The notes below the pieces were generated by a model. The model was not told where the DNA came from. It made no database searches and saw nothing but the letters and a program-made list of their open reading frames with translations. A stretch of 64,000 bases of DNA from Eledone cirrhosa (Eukaryota): positions 171,058,001-171,122,000 of the forward strand of contig OZ024740.1 of assembly GCA_964016885.1 (NCBI GenBank). Reading direction: 5' to 3'. Below are positions 33,765 through 47,233 of this stretch, in pieces (the stretch's first letter is position 1; every line of letters starts with the position of its first letter). Position numbers and translations under genes: made by a program.

Positions 33765-33766
<2 letters not shown>
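33007..33766 (+). mobile_element. Retrozyme-like element: ~440-bp permuted monomer plus inverted partial copy
   Basis: 33007-33285 is the reverse complement of 33557-33766 joined to 33326-33382. Terminal redundancy 33284-33326 vs 33731-33766. Carries a hammerhead. Confidence 0.75.
33492..33550 (+). ncRNA. Type I hammerhead ribozyme with extended, bulged helix I
   Basis: CAGGA-aggtat-ACGATG-CTGACGA-TAGCT-AATA-AGCTT-GAAACTAGTA-CATCGT-TCCTG. Predicted cleavage after A33539. Confidence 0.85.
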
Positions 33767-33799
<33 letters not shown>

Positions 33800-33916
33800 T
33801 TGAGTTTGAATTATTTTCCCACATCTTACGTTAATTATTTTACATTTTGACGTTATAGTCACTTATATATTATGAAATAATGTTGGCTTCGCGCTCACAA
33901 TAATGTTTATACTTTC

Positions 33917-33976
<60 letters not shown>

Positions 33977-34007
33977 GCATCCATGTATATACATATTTAC
34001 ATATTTT

Positions 34008-34140
34008 AGGATGGCCATTGACTATTATGAGTTATTACGCCTTTTGTCAGGTTTTGTTTTTTGTCCTGCAGGGACAAAATCACCCTCCTCACCAAGTAAA
34101 CTTGGTGGAGTTGCCGGTTTAGTCGCCGACGACCCGACCA
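34008..34140 (-). mobile_element. 5' fragment of the RTE-type short retroposon
   Basis: Homologous to 57815-57948 (GGATGGCCATTGACT...TTTAGTCGCC.ACGACCC). Confidence 0.8.
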
Positions 34141-34249
34141 TACATACATGCATACATACATACATATACATACACACACATATTTATATATATGCTCAGC
34201 CATATACATATATACATACATAAATACATACATATATACAAGTACAAAC

Positions 34250-35420
34250 CATTAATAGAACTGTAAAAATATGTAAAACATTCCAAAAATTCTGCATCTA
34301 ATAATTCTATGTACACATGTACACATACAAAGCATATGCACATGCACACATATAACTCAAAACATACACATACACACATACAATAACATCTGTACCTGCA
34401 CACACATGCATGCATGCAGACATGCATGCATGCAGACATGCATACATATCTACCTAGTTGATATCGTGTGAAATCCAATGTAAGAGTCTTGTATCTATGT
34501 TAGAAACCGGCTCTCTCTCTATTGGTAAACATTTATAAAATTGTAAAAGAACATATATAGCAAGTCTGGCATATTTGATTGGGACAGAAAAAAAAAGATT
34601 ACGCACTATCATGGAGGCCATCTGCTTTTGTTGATATGAACAGCTCTTGAGCATCTTGAGCTTCTGTATTCAGTTTATGAATTAAGTTATACTGATTATT
34701 TATTACTGGTGCCATTGATTATGTAAGTAACTGCTTAAGTGACAGTCTGGAGAAGCTTGGTGTTTTCAAAGAAACTAGCCAGTTCACACAGACTTTACAA
34801 ATGAAATCACTAAGAGGAACAGTAAATATTCGCATGGTATTTCAAATGTTCAGAATGTGGCTCTCACCATTTTTTATTTTTTTATTTATTCAAATTTCAA
34901 TTTTTACTTATAGGAAAAATTGAAATAAGTAAAAACGAAAGAAACATACACACAGAGAGACAGACAAACGTACATATATATATGTATGCATACATACATA
35001 CATACAGAATATGAAAGAGTACTGGTGGAATGTTCCAGTAAAAACCCCAATAAAATGCAGGCATAACAGACCAGATATTATGATATGGGACAGGGAGAAG
35101 AAAACATGCACAGTAGTGGAAATTAGCTGCCCAGCAGATGCCAATATAATATCAAAGATTAGTGAAAAGGAGAATATTTATGCAGAACTGATGAGAAATC
35201 TGTAGATTACACCTTCAGATTTATGCCTGTGATTATTGGGGCACTGGGGTATGTTAGTAACTGCCTCAATACAAATCTTGAGAAGCTAGGCTTCACAGGA
35301 ACAGAAAGAACACAACTAGTTAGGATATTACAAGTACAATCCATTAATGGAACAGTAAAAATATGCAAAACATTCCAAAAATGTTGCATCTAATAGCTGC
35401 ATATACATATGTACAGATAC
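34250..35420 (+). mobile_element. Stack of R4/Dong-type 3' remnants (34250-34555, decayed 34560-34860, 35007-35420)
   Basis: MKEYWWNVPVKTPIKCRHNRPDIMIWDREKKTCTVVEISCPAD...KENIY, and the repeated 3' UTR ...CTATGTTAGAAACCG.CTCTCTC. Confidence 0.85.
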
Positions 35421-35627
35421 AAATCGGGTAGCTGTCCACGGTCATCGTTTCTGATACTGGTCGTTATGAAGACAACGCTCCATCACTCTGCTCTCGGGAA
35501 CAGAGTGAGGGAGCGCTAAGGGTTTCAAATGTTAGTTCGTAAACATACCGTATATCGCTAGATATGCAAAATACACATACTTATATGTATACAACTATGT
35601 TGGAGCAAACACTTTAATTATATATAC

Positions 35628-35850
<223 letters not shown>

Positions 35851-36049
35851 GGAGTAAAGATGGATAATGAGCTTAGATTGCGGGCCCATCTTCAAGCTGA
35901 TCTATTTTATAAATGTAAACAATGTAATGATTCAGAAACATGAAGCATTTACAGTCCCAAGCATTTCAAATAAAAGATTATCAACTGTATTACTTTGAAG
36001 TGACTTGCTTCTCAAATTAATGTTTTGTTGGATCATATGATCCCAAAAT

Positions 36050-36507
36050 GTACACATACAACTCAAAACATACACATCCACACATACAATAACATACATA
36101 TCTACCTAGTTGATGTGTAAATTCCAATGAGAGAGTCTTGTGTCTATGTTAGAAACCGACTCTCTCTCTCTATTGGTAAAAATTTGTGAAATTATAAAAC
36201 CAGAAGAACATATACAAGTACAATCCAGTAAACATATGGAACAGTAAACATATGTAAAACATTCCAAAAATTCTGCATCTAATAATTCCATGTACACATG
36301 TACAGATACAAAGCATATGCACATGCACACATATAACTCAAAACATACACATACACACATACAATAACATCCATGCCTGCACACACATGTATGCATGCAA
36401 ACATGCAGACATATCTACCTAGTTGATGTTGTGTAAATTCCAATGTAGAGTCTTGCATATATGTTAGAAACCGACTTGTAAAATTGTGAAATTATAAAAC
36501 CAGAAAA
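36050..36507 (+). mobile_element. Two tandem 3'-UTR remnants of the R4/Dong-type sister family
   Basis: CTACCTAGTTGAT...AATTCCAATG...CTATGTTAGAAACCGAC...AAACCAGAA occurs twice, followed by (CA)n/(TACA)n. Confidence 0.8.
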
Positions 36508-37968
36508 ATACACGCACACACACACACTACACACATTACACACACACACACAAACACAAACTCACACACACACATACATACATACATACATACATACATA
36601 CATACATACATACATACATACATACATACATACATACATACATACATACATACATACTTGCATACATATATTGTAATTGAAGGCTAATGCGTTTATAAAT
36701 CGTGTATCTATAGTATGAAATATGTTTATTTAAAGCACCTCTTAGATATATATTTTTTTACACATATCGTGTATGATGACATGCTAGGAAAGAGTTAGAA
36801 ATGACTATACTATAAAGCATTTAATATGTTGAATATACTAGAAGGCCTGTCTTGCTTTTCCTGAAACTTAATTGCCTTCACACCCATTCAAAATATTGAT
36901 TTCTTACACTGAAATAAGTAGCAGGTTCTGTATTTCAGATAGTAGAAAAACATTCTTTATTCTTTTATTAATTTTTTTTTACTGATTTCAGCCTATAGAC
37001 TGCGACCATGCTAGGGCACTATGTTACATGGCTTTAGTTAAACATATTGAGACCCATAATGTTTTTTTTTCAAATCTGGCATTTGTTTTATCGATCTAAG
37101 CCAGTGCTTATCTTCGATAAAATTAACCTTGATAGGATTTGAACGTAAAACATAGAAGAACGTAGCTAAATATCAGAGGACATGTAATTCAAACGCTAAA
37201 CCATTTTTTAGGATCTCAGTATATTTTTCAGACTTTGAATATATTAAGATATTAAAACTTCCTTTAGAAGCAAAATTGTGATAATATATCTAGAGTTCCG
37301 TTTAAAGTTGCTGTCACAGAAATAAGGAAGAATCGGGTTGTAATAGATTGTCTCTCACAGGTCTTTGGAAAGATTTTCAATTCGATATAACTGCAAGACG
37401 GCGGAGAATTGGCAGACTCGTTAGAATGCTGGATAGAATGCTTTGCGGTATTCGTTCTGGCTCTCTGCTCTCTCAGTTTTTACGACATGAAATGGAGACT
37501 GCAAAATACTTTTTGAACTGGCCCCTCTACATAAGGCCTGAACATGCCCCTTGTTAACCTGCGCGAACGACGATGCAGTATGTTTCTTTTTCGTTCTCTT
37601 CACTATATTGCAGTTTTGCTGGTCTTATTCGTGCCAGTCACCAATTTAGAGGTGGCCTTTGCTCGCCTCGTCATAGCTACACCAATGGGTTGTGAGAGTT
37701 TTCTTGGGAGTTGCAGGTGTCGCACATTGCTCCATCGCCCTAGTAGTTTACCACTGTTGGTTTGGGTTGCGTATTCGTCCGGCAGTTGTCCGCTTATATC
37801 TCAACTAGCCATCATATCTGGTGGCCGTATCGCTATCCGCCACCTGTGACCCATTCTCTAGCAGAACAGCTCTGAAGAATAGCTTTGCGGGTTAATTTCA
37901 TAAAAATCTACATCAATAATTGTATGTGTGTATGTATGTGTGTAAGTGTGTATGTGTGTATGTGTGTC

Positions 37969-38002
<34 letters not shown>

Positions 38003-39640
38003 TGCGTGTGTGTGCGTGTGTGTGCGTGTGTGTGCGTGTGTGTGCGTGTGTGCGTGTGTGTGCGTGTGTGTGCTGTCAAAATGGTATCGAGTATGACCAC
38101 ATTATGCGCCCCTTCTTTCTTCCTCTCAAATATGCAGTACACCCCCCCCCCATCGTGAGCTCTCAAAATGAAGAAATTCACCAATATGACAAGACTATGA
38201 TACCCTCTTCATTCGCACCGACAGTACTTCATATAGGGCACAGTAACATTGACGTTCTCAAGTTCTCAAGTTATCCATTTATATATAAATAAACAGAGAA
38301 GGTAGAACAAAAAGTTATAAGTTATCAAGAATAATGCTGTTATCAGGTGATTACCTCAGTGTTTAGAATTATTCATAGATAAGTTATTGGAACGAAAAAC
38401 AAAAGCGGTGACTCACTTGAAAGCGTCTTTTAAAAAAATGACAAATGATTTTGGTAAATTTTAGAAATATTAAAAAGAAGGAACATATATCAATGGCTTT
38501 GTGCAAAGGATCTAGAGTATGTTGGCTATATTTCTTATCAATCTGAGAGTTGAAAATATAATTCAAAAATCACAAATAGTTTCAAAATAATAGTTGATTA
38601 GAATGAACGCGTATGTGTTTGTCACTGAATTATTTTTATTAATGAATGTATGAATTTGATGTTTGTGTACTGCGTCGAACAAAATATCTTGACGTACTTA
38701 GTAGCCTCTGCCTTTACGTTCTGAATTCGATTCCCGTCGCAGTCAACTTTGTTATACTGCCAGTACTGAGGTCAATATAACCGGTTATTGTCCTCCCTTA
38801 AACCAGTTGTGACATTGTATTGTTGTTAAAAACCTTCTACTATAATTCCATTCATATTTAGGCTACATTATATGAATCTAATTAAAATTTATTGCTGATC
38901 AAACCACAATAAAACCATAATAAAATACATGCTTAATTTCGTGCAAAGTTCTAAGTTGTCTTCTTTCCATGATCGATGAAAAAAAAATGTTATCTAAACC
39001 CTATTTTTCTCTCTAATCATAGCATTTCAAATAAATTATTGCCGGGTTGAAAAACAACGAAAATAAAATAACTCACTTTTTTATTACTTAAATATGAGGT
39101 CAACGCCCTATCATATAATGAAAGTATCAATTGAAGCTATTGTGAATATCACGTTATTCCGTTTTATGAAATATTAGGTTTTAAAGCTGAGAAGCAGAAA
39201 TATCATATTCGTCACAGCAGTCGAAATACTAACAAACATTCTTTTTAACAATATCTCATTTTGGCACAAGGCCAGAAATTTTATGGCGGGGTAAAGTCGA
39301 TTATATTGACTCCTATAATTGACTGGCACTTTAGTTTATAGTTTATTGAGTGGGATTTAAACTCAGAACGTAAAAAGCCGGAACAAACATTATTACGCAT
39401 TTGTCCGATGCTGCAACGATTCTGCCAACCGACCACCCAATATTTCAACATAGTGTGTGTTAATTGTATACAATTTACATTTATTTGTGGAAACCCGAGT
39501 CAAATGTATTTAATTATTTTGTTTTTAATATATTCTAAGCATCATTAAATTCTATTTTAGTAATCGTCTGGCATTTACTGTTGGGAGTGGTACTGGTGAT
39601 TTCAGTGTCTGTAAAGGGCTGTTATCTCTCTCTCCTTCTT

Positions 39641-39746
<106 letters not shown>

Positions 39747-40624
39747 AGTGTGTAAAAAATTATTACATGTGAGTTTAACTTACATGTAATAATTTTTTAC
39801 ACACTTCTCACTGTGTAACACACCTCTCTATTTGTATTTGAGCTCAGATGAAAATTCGCTGTTCTTCTTCGAGCTAATATTATTATTACTGTGAACTACG
39901 AAATACTTTAATTCCGATCTTTGTGTATATATATATATATATATATATAACTCAACTCCTTCTCTCTCCCACACACTTACTCACTCTTCCTCTTTTGTAT
40001 TCTTCTTGGGTTAGTATTGAATTTAAATGGCCGAGAGAAGGTATTTTCCATTTTTGTTTAAGAATTGGCTAATTTCTTAGTTTGTTTTTGTTTTGTTTTT
40101 TTGTTTTTTGTTTTCGTTTTTTGTTATCGTTGTGGTTTTTGGAAGGTGGGGGAATCGATGAGCGAAACGACAATTATCTCTGTACTCATTTCTTTATAAC
40201 TACTTAACCATGGATATTAATGGGGGCGGGATGTGTTGAAGAATTCATTAGTGATGCTTTCTATCTATTATGAAAAGAGGTGTACGCTGTACAATTATGT
40301 CCCCTTATTTGAATTTGTCATGAATTATAAGTATACTTTTGAAAAGAAAAAAATATATATCGATCTGGAATGACAATTTCGTACGTGTTTTGACATTATA
40401 GTCAATATATTATAAACTGTGTTACCTTACTGTATTAATGAAAAAAAAATAAAGGAAATAAAAGCGGGTCAGATGTAAGTAAAAAAGATTTTCTAAAATA
40501 ATTTTACTTATCTCTGAGAACAAAGATTGAATTTGCCTCCCACTCCACTTCTTAAAACGTATCATTTCGTTCTAGTCCTTGTTACAGTGCAGCATTTAAA
40601 AGTGTAATGTGTGTGTGTTGAACT

Positions 40625-40890
40625 TCCGTCGGTTCTCACAGCGGGTGTTCCATTTGTTCAAACAACGTAACAACCTGCTCGTGAAATTAACGTGCAAGTG
40701 GTTCAGCATTCGAAGGATGCGTGTACCCATAACTGTTCTTAGTGAAATTCAGCGTGGTACAGTGTATGACAAGGTGGGTCCTTTGAAGAGCAGTTACAAC
40801 TCATCTTTTTTCAGACTGAATGGACTGGAGCAACATGAAATAAAGTGTCTTGCTAAACGTGAGAACACGCCACCGAGAATCGAACGCGCT
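40625..40890 (-). mobile_element. SINE family B
   Basis: Homolog of 7650-7945, containing TGGACTGGAGCAACATGAAATAAAGTGTCTTGCT. Confidence 0.65.
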
Positions 40891-41152
40891 TTCCTTGACT
40901 TGGTAATGAATACATAGTAACATAAGCCATATCAACCGGTAAAGTCTAATCTCAGCAGGTTGAATACTAATGAATGTTCTAATGGTAATGGAAGAAGAAG
41001 AAGAAGAAAGGGAGCTGGGATATGAGATGGGAAAATAAAATATAAAAAAGGGCACATATATATATAAAGTTAAATTCCAACACAAATGATCGCTATAATC
41101 AATATTTGACAAAAATTGGTGAAGTATCTCTGGAGGCGGGGATCTGTGAAGA

Positions 41153-41217
41153 GATGGAGGCGAGGAATTGAGCCACGCATCGTTTGATGTCGAGCGATTG
41201 TGTTAATCACTACACTA
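41153..41217 (-). pseudogene. tRNA-like pseudogene or SINE head
   Basis: Minus strand TAGTGTAGTGATTAACAC..TCGCTCGACATC...GGCTCAATTCC: A/B-box-like, stems decayed. Confidence 0.4.
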
Positions 41218-41409
41218 AAGATCTACTGGACACCAATTCCGTCATTTCAGAACATTTTAAGCTTGTAGCTCGGAAGATTTGGGAATTTTTTAAAGTGGAA
41301 ATGTAATCTTTCCAACGCAAATTTCTATAGTAATAGTATTTCCTTATAAATAATAGTTGTAAAAATTGGGTAAAGTACCCATGGTGACGGATAAACGTAG
41401 ACAGCGATA

Positions 41410-41480
41410 CCTGCAAGGAATCGAATCCCGGATCTCTCCGATGTCAAGCGTGTGCTTTACTATTGGATGGGACTACACTA
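41410..41480 (-). pseudogene. Second tRNA-like pseudogene or SINE head
   Basis: Minus strand TAGTGTAGT...AGCACACGCTTGACATCGGAGAGATCCGGGATTCGATTCC. Confidence 0.45.
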
Positions 41481-41927
41481 CAACGCTTCGCATTTTGACA
41501 ATTCTCAAGCAATACGTGAATGAAACGAATACGTACCTATATTGAAATAAAGAAGTATATTTAATAAACATATAATGAAAAAAGCAGAAACGAATAAAAA
41601 GTGAATGATAATTAATTTAAATTCAGTAAATATGTTAACTGAAAATCATGAAATATTCATATTAACAATAGAAAGTCAGGCAGATGAAAGTTCACTCAGT
41701 ACATGACGTTTGGAAATAGTCACAAAGGAAATTCCGATTTTGCACGATAAAAATGTGTGTATGCCATATTCCTAACAACAGACATATTGTTACGAGATTG
41801 TCTCAGGTTCAAACCATGCAATAGTATCAAATTATATTATCCAAATTTCATCCGTGAAACGTATTAGTATAGTTCAGCGACATATTCCGATTTGGGACAA
41901 TGAACATTTTTAATGTTATATTATTAA

Positions 41928-42143
41928 GGGCGGTGTATTGACAGCATTGGTAGAGCGTCGGACACCATGCTTCGTGGTATAGAGTTACGACCATTTACGT
42001 TCTGAGTTCAAATCCCGCCAAGGTTAGCTTTGCCTTTCATTCTTACGAGGTCGATAAAATAAAGTACCAGTAATGCAATGGGGTCGATTTAATCGACTTT
42101 CCCCTTCCCCAAAATTGTTGGCCTTATGCCTAAATCAGAAACC
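41928..42143 (+). mobile_element. SINE family A, long-tail variant
   Basis: A/B boxes and core, plus an extra GGGGTCGATTTAATCGACTTTCCCC segment. Confidence 0.9.
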
Positions 42144-42199
42144 GTTACACTATTAAGAGGCTATTCAAGTTTCAAACTGTTCAACTGTACGTACAAATC

Positions 42200-43930
42200 A
42201 AATCAGTTAAACTTTCTTCTTTGGTGTAAATCGATCAAGGGTTCAACAGTTTGTCATTTTTAAATATCTCAACAAACATTTATGTGAATGACAACAAAAC
42301 CACATTATTGCTGGACTTGTGTTCGTTATAAAATTCCTCTGGAAGAACATGTGCAAATCCTCATTAAGACAAAAACCCTAGCCGACTTATAAAGATATAC
42401 TTTGACAAATTTGTGTCTAGTGATCTTTCTGGTTTTCTGAATAAGTATCAACGTTGAGTAAGTCTTAACTTAAAATAATTCGCACTCAAGTTGATATAAT
42501 CCTTGGAAATAGCTGTAGATATTTTCATAGCTGTAGATATTTTCTTACAAAACTATCGATTTTGATAGGCATAAATTATTTTATTCGTACGTGGAGGACA
42601 TCAAATAGTAAATAGCTGTTAAAAAATGTACTACTTACGCGGTAAAATTATGTGTGCAACGAACACTTAAATTTAACAATATTTCCATTAAACATTTTTT
42701 ATGTTTGTGGTTCCCCGGGAAAATATTTCTCTAATAGATTAAAGAAATGTTTAGCGATGTTTGTGCTCACATTGAGGTTGAATTGAGCGTTAAACCAAAT
42801 AAGTTAGCATTTTCTATTTTTCCGAATCTTAAAAATATCATCATCATTATTGGCAGTATCGGTAAGAGTCGGACGCCATGCTTTGACGCATAGAGTTACG
42901 GCCCTTGCCATTCTGAGTTCAAATCCCGCCGAGGTTAACTTTGCCTTTCATCCTTATGGGGTCAATAAAATAAAGTACCAGTAATGCACTGGGATCGATT
43001 TCATCGACTTTCCCCTCCCCTCTAATTGTTGGCCTAAATCAAAAATTATTATTAACTTTATCTTTAAAACAACTTCATTTCAACACTTCATTAGAACAAG
43101 GGCTGGTGATATCGGCATATTAATATTTTTCATTAAATTTTTGATAACGGCAGAGGTCTGAATATATACAGGGTGACTCAAAAAAGCTGGCCCCATGTGT
43201 AACTTTCTATTTAGTTTCTTATATGTTGAGTATTTATTTGTTTTAAAATTAAAATATCTTCCAGAAAACACTACAAGTAAATTTATATCTACTGAAACTT
43301 TTACTTATTCCTTTTTGTGTGTGTGTGTGTAAATCTTTAAATAGCTAAAAATATTTTTTATAGGTCTGTCCAACTGTTGAACGTTCATGTTCCGTATGAT
43401 AAGAAAGTCATCATCTCGGTATTGACCATACAGCAAATTATTAAACTTGTTATGTAATAGATGTGAAATCTAAAAAATGATAAGTTATAAAATTTTAGAA
43501 GAATTTTGGCTAACCATCGCTACACTATCAAACAAAGCAACTTTTTCTTGTATGCTTAATTGTTTTGACATCAGAATCGTTGATTAATTCTTGGTGAAGA
43601 CCGAATCTTTTTCAGATAAAAATTTAGTAATCGATGGATAAAAATCAATAATGTCAAACTGGACAACTTTGTATAATAATATAATAAATAATATTCTTAA
43701 AGCAATTAATAACAGCACTTCTGTTAATCCATAATGGAAAATTGATTATTTGTTTAATTTGAAGACTCTGTCTAATATATATTTACTCACTGTATCCAAT
43801 ACACTTCCGGTTGGATCTTTCAATTACATACTGGTTTGTTAATAAAATTCCTTTTGTTATATTTGTACACCGTTCTTATCATATATCTGAAGCTCGATAG
43901 CTATTTCATTAGCTTCTTAATGGATAGAGT
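42200..43930 (-). pseudogene. Decayed Penelope-like element (RT + GIY-YIG), interrupted by a SINE
   Basis: Minus-strand fragments in the expected order: VQFDIIDFYPSIT, YGQYRDDDFLIIRNMN, FNFKTNKYSTYKK, NHKHKKMFNGNIVK, LDTNLSKYI. Confidence 0.75.
42850..43045 (+). mobile_element. SINE family A
   Basis: TGGCAGTATCGG, GAGTTCAAATCCC and the shared core. Confidence 0.9.
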
Positions 43931-43975
43931 TTAGTATGTTTTATTTTATTTTTTTATAAGTATAATATATATATA

Positions 43976-44958
43976 CAGGGTGGGGCATAGGCTGACTAAG
44001 ATACTCTCATGGAATGCGACCAAACAAGATTTATTTTTCAGTATAGTTCCCCTTGCGACCCACACACTTCTTCCATCGGTGTTGTAGTGCTTGGAACCCA
44101 TTGCTGAATAAGCTTTCATTCTGTTGGTCATAAATGTTATCAACAGCAGATATGACGTCATTATTACTTTGATACTGTGATGCTCGTTCCCAGACAAGTG
44201 TTTCTTCGTGTTGGGGAACAGATGATAGTCAAATAGAGTCAAATTAGGAGAATGGGGAAGGTGATCAACCAGCTCAAAGCCACAGCCATGCACAGCAGCC
44301 ATTGAAATCAAGGACTTCTGTGCTGGAGCATTGTCCTGGTGAAATAAGACCCCTTTCATCAGTTTTCCTGGCCGTTTAGTCTTCATAACCTTTCGTAACT
44401 AACTCAGCAACTTGGCATAAAACTCTCCAATGATTGTGTGGACCCTTTGAAGATATTCAATAAACACAATGCCTTTTGCATCTCAAGAAACCTGTGGCCA
44501 CTACCTTGGCCTCCTTTGGAGCAGGTGAAGAGAGGTGTTTACACTTCATAGATTGTCCCTGGCTCAAAGTGATGAACCCACCACTCATCCTGCATTAGGA
44601 AACGTTCAAGAAAACCAGCTGGATCTGCCTCAAACAATGTCAGATTTACCCGTGATGTTATCAGCCTGGTGCGCTCGCTTTTGATCAGGTTTCAGAAGAC
44701 TTGGCACTCACCGAGCAGAAACATTCGTCATACCAAATTCATTGTACAGAATATTCTCAACTTTCTCACGGGATATGCTAATAGCATTCGCTATTTGATT
44801 TATAGACAACCGCCTGTCATTCATCACCATGTGGTGAACACGATCAATGATTTCCTCGGGGGTGGCAGCTGCAAAACATTCATACTTTGGGTCATCTTCA
44901 AGACTCTCCCTTTCCCTCCTAAATTCTGCTGCCCAATTTTGTACTGTTGGTAAATCCC
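43976..44958 (-). mobile_element. Mariner (DD34D) transposon remnant
   Basis: GVLFHQDNAPAQ...HLPHSPNLTLFDYHLFP (YSPDLAPSD-like) and upstream FLERFLMQDEWWVHHFEP. TA|CAGGGTGGGGCA terminus at 43976. Confidence 0.9.
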
Positions 44959-44959
44959 T

Positions 44960-45095
44960 GACGTAACTAAGGACATTATAATGGAGTGGAAACTGTTCAG
45001 CTCGTCTATTTCTGCTTCAGTTGTTAAATCTGTCGGCGAACACGGCTTTGTCAAAGATGCCATCCGAGCAAAGAAGGAGACGTACAAAGCTTGAC
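44960..45095 (+). pseudogene. RTE LINE fragment (linker between APE and RT)
   Basis: DIIMEWKLFSSSISASVVKSVG..VKDAIRAKKETYKA*L resembles the RTE EW..F...VK.A...KKE...AW region. Confidence 0.55.
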
Positions 45096-45169
45096 TTGAC
45101 GCGGCTGCGTTCACGATGATAAGACCTTGACAGTTGTGGAAAATCAAGTTCATACATCCTGCTGAACAT

Positions 45170-46030
45170 AATTTTTGGTTGTGGTTTTGGTTGTTGTTGC
45201 TGTCGTCGTCTTCCTCGCTGCTGTTGTTGCTATTGTTGTTGATACTGTTCCTGAAATTACTGTTGCTGCTGTTGGTGCTGGTACTGCTGTGGTGGTGGTA
45301 GTGGTGGTGGTGCTGACAGTGGTGACGTTGGTGGATAGTGTGCTGTTCAAACCAGCGGATGAAACTGTGCCGTCCGCTATCTTATTTTGAAAAACAATTG
45401 AGGACCGTGTTTGGAAAAAAAACTAACCAGTTCACAAAAATAATGCTTAGATTAACTATAAAACAATATCAAATGTTCAACAAAATAGGTTAGAAAACAA
45501 TGGAATCATAACAAACTTACGAGAGCGATGTGCAATACGTGTTGAACGAACAAAATGATAACAGTAAAAATAATAACCTCTCTATCATCATGTCACATAT
45601 TTCGGTGACGGAGGCTGTCTTCATTGTGATGGCTAGGTTCAGGAATTGTAGTGGCGGTGGTGGTGGTGGTGGTTGATGTCGTTGAGGTGGAGTTGGTGGT
45701 GCTAGTGTTGGTGGTGGTGGTGGTAGTGGTGATGGTAGTGGTGGTGGAGGTACTGGTGTTGTTGTTGCTGTTGTTGTTGGTGGTGCTGATGGTGCTGGTT
45801 CTGGTGCTGCTGTTGCTGGTGCTGCTGTTTGTGGTGATGGTGATGGTGGTGGTGGTGGTGGTGGAGCTGCTGCTACTGGTGGTACTGGTGGTGGTGCTGG
45901 TGTTGCTGGTGGTGGGGGTGGTAGGGGTGTGGTAGGGGTGTGGGTGCTGCTGCTGCTGGTAGTGTGGTGAAGATAGTGGTGGTGGTTGTCATTGTCGTCA
46001 TACTACTGGTGAGTGTGGCAGCGACAGTTC
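45170..46030. repeat. Degenerate (GGT/GTT/GCT)n tracts
   Basis: Direct reading at 45170-45335 and 45650-46030. Confidence 0.85.
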
Positions 46031-46989
46031 TATTGGTATTGGTGCTGCTGTTTAATGTTAGTGGTAGGGGGTCCAATTTATAAACCATATTTATGTACAT
46101 AATATTAGTCCTGATGTTTGGCGCGACCGTCAGTGCAAATCTCATCTATCTTGTCACGATTCTACATTGTAAAAAGAATTTTGATATAATGGACATATAA
46201 ATTAGTAATTCAAACCTCTTCCAATTCACACAGATCTCTGATCAAAGGTAAATGGAATTAGATGAACTAAGTGGGATAGCTAAATGAGAACAATGTTATT
46301 TTCATTCATTTATTTATTTATTTATTCATTATTTTATTTTATTTTTTCATTTTTTTTTATTTTAACTTTTTTTTATTTTAACTTTTTTTTTTTGCATGAA
46401 ACCCAATCTGTTCTGCAAGTTCGATTTCTAGATTCATCGAATTAGTACATAAACTATCACTTGAAGTGAAATTGGTTATTTTCCCCCCAGCTTAATCTTA
46501 TCCTGGATATAAATTTTTTACGTAGTTTGTTTTGCATTGTTTTGAATTTTGTTGGTTTTTTTGTTGGCTTTTTTTTTTAGCGGAGCGGGGTGGGGTGGGG
46601 GTTCTTTCACTTTTTTGTAATTGTTTTTTTTTAATATTATTATATTTGTTCCAAAATTACTCCCCCCTCATCAGTTCTATTAACTACTTACGGGAGAACT
46701 ATTAAAACTAGGTTCCGTTCCAGTAGTGTGATGTGAAGGGAGATGAGAAGGAAAAGGAGAGTATTTGTTCTTCACGCTCTTTTAACAAGAAAAAATATGA
46801 AATAAGTACGGAAAAAATAATAACAATTTTTAATGAGGGGCAAATAAGCGACGTTGCAGTCATTCGTCACTTTGAGAGAATGAGCAGGAACCGAGTGTAG
46901 AAGAATCTTTGATGATGGATCTCGTTAACGTTTTGAACTGTGTTCAAGTGATTTATGTACTGCCTCTGTGGGTATATACTTATATACAC

Positions 46990-47027
<38 letters not shown>

Positions 47028-47157
47028 ATATATATATACACCAACACACACACACACACATACATATATATATAAATATATATATATATCATGTATATAT
47101 ATATATACAAATATATACATACATATAAACAAGGAGAGGCATACACACACAGATATA

Positions 47158-47199
<42 letters not shown>

Positions 47200-47200
47200 G

Positions 47201-47233
<33 letters not shown>

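Noticed and set aside
44824-45390. Possible host exon on the minus strand (His/Asn- or Thr-rich ORFs)
   Set aside because: The non-repetitive part reads better as a plus-strand RTE fragment and runs into the mariner remnant. The rest is triplet repeat and splice signals are weak.
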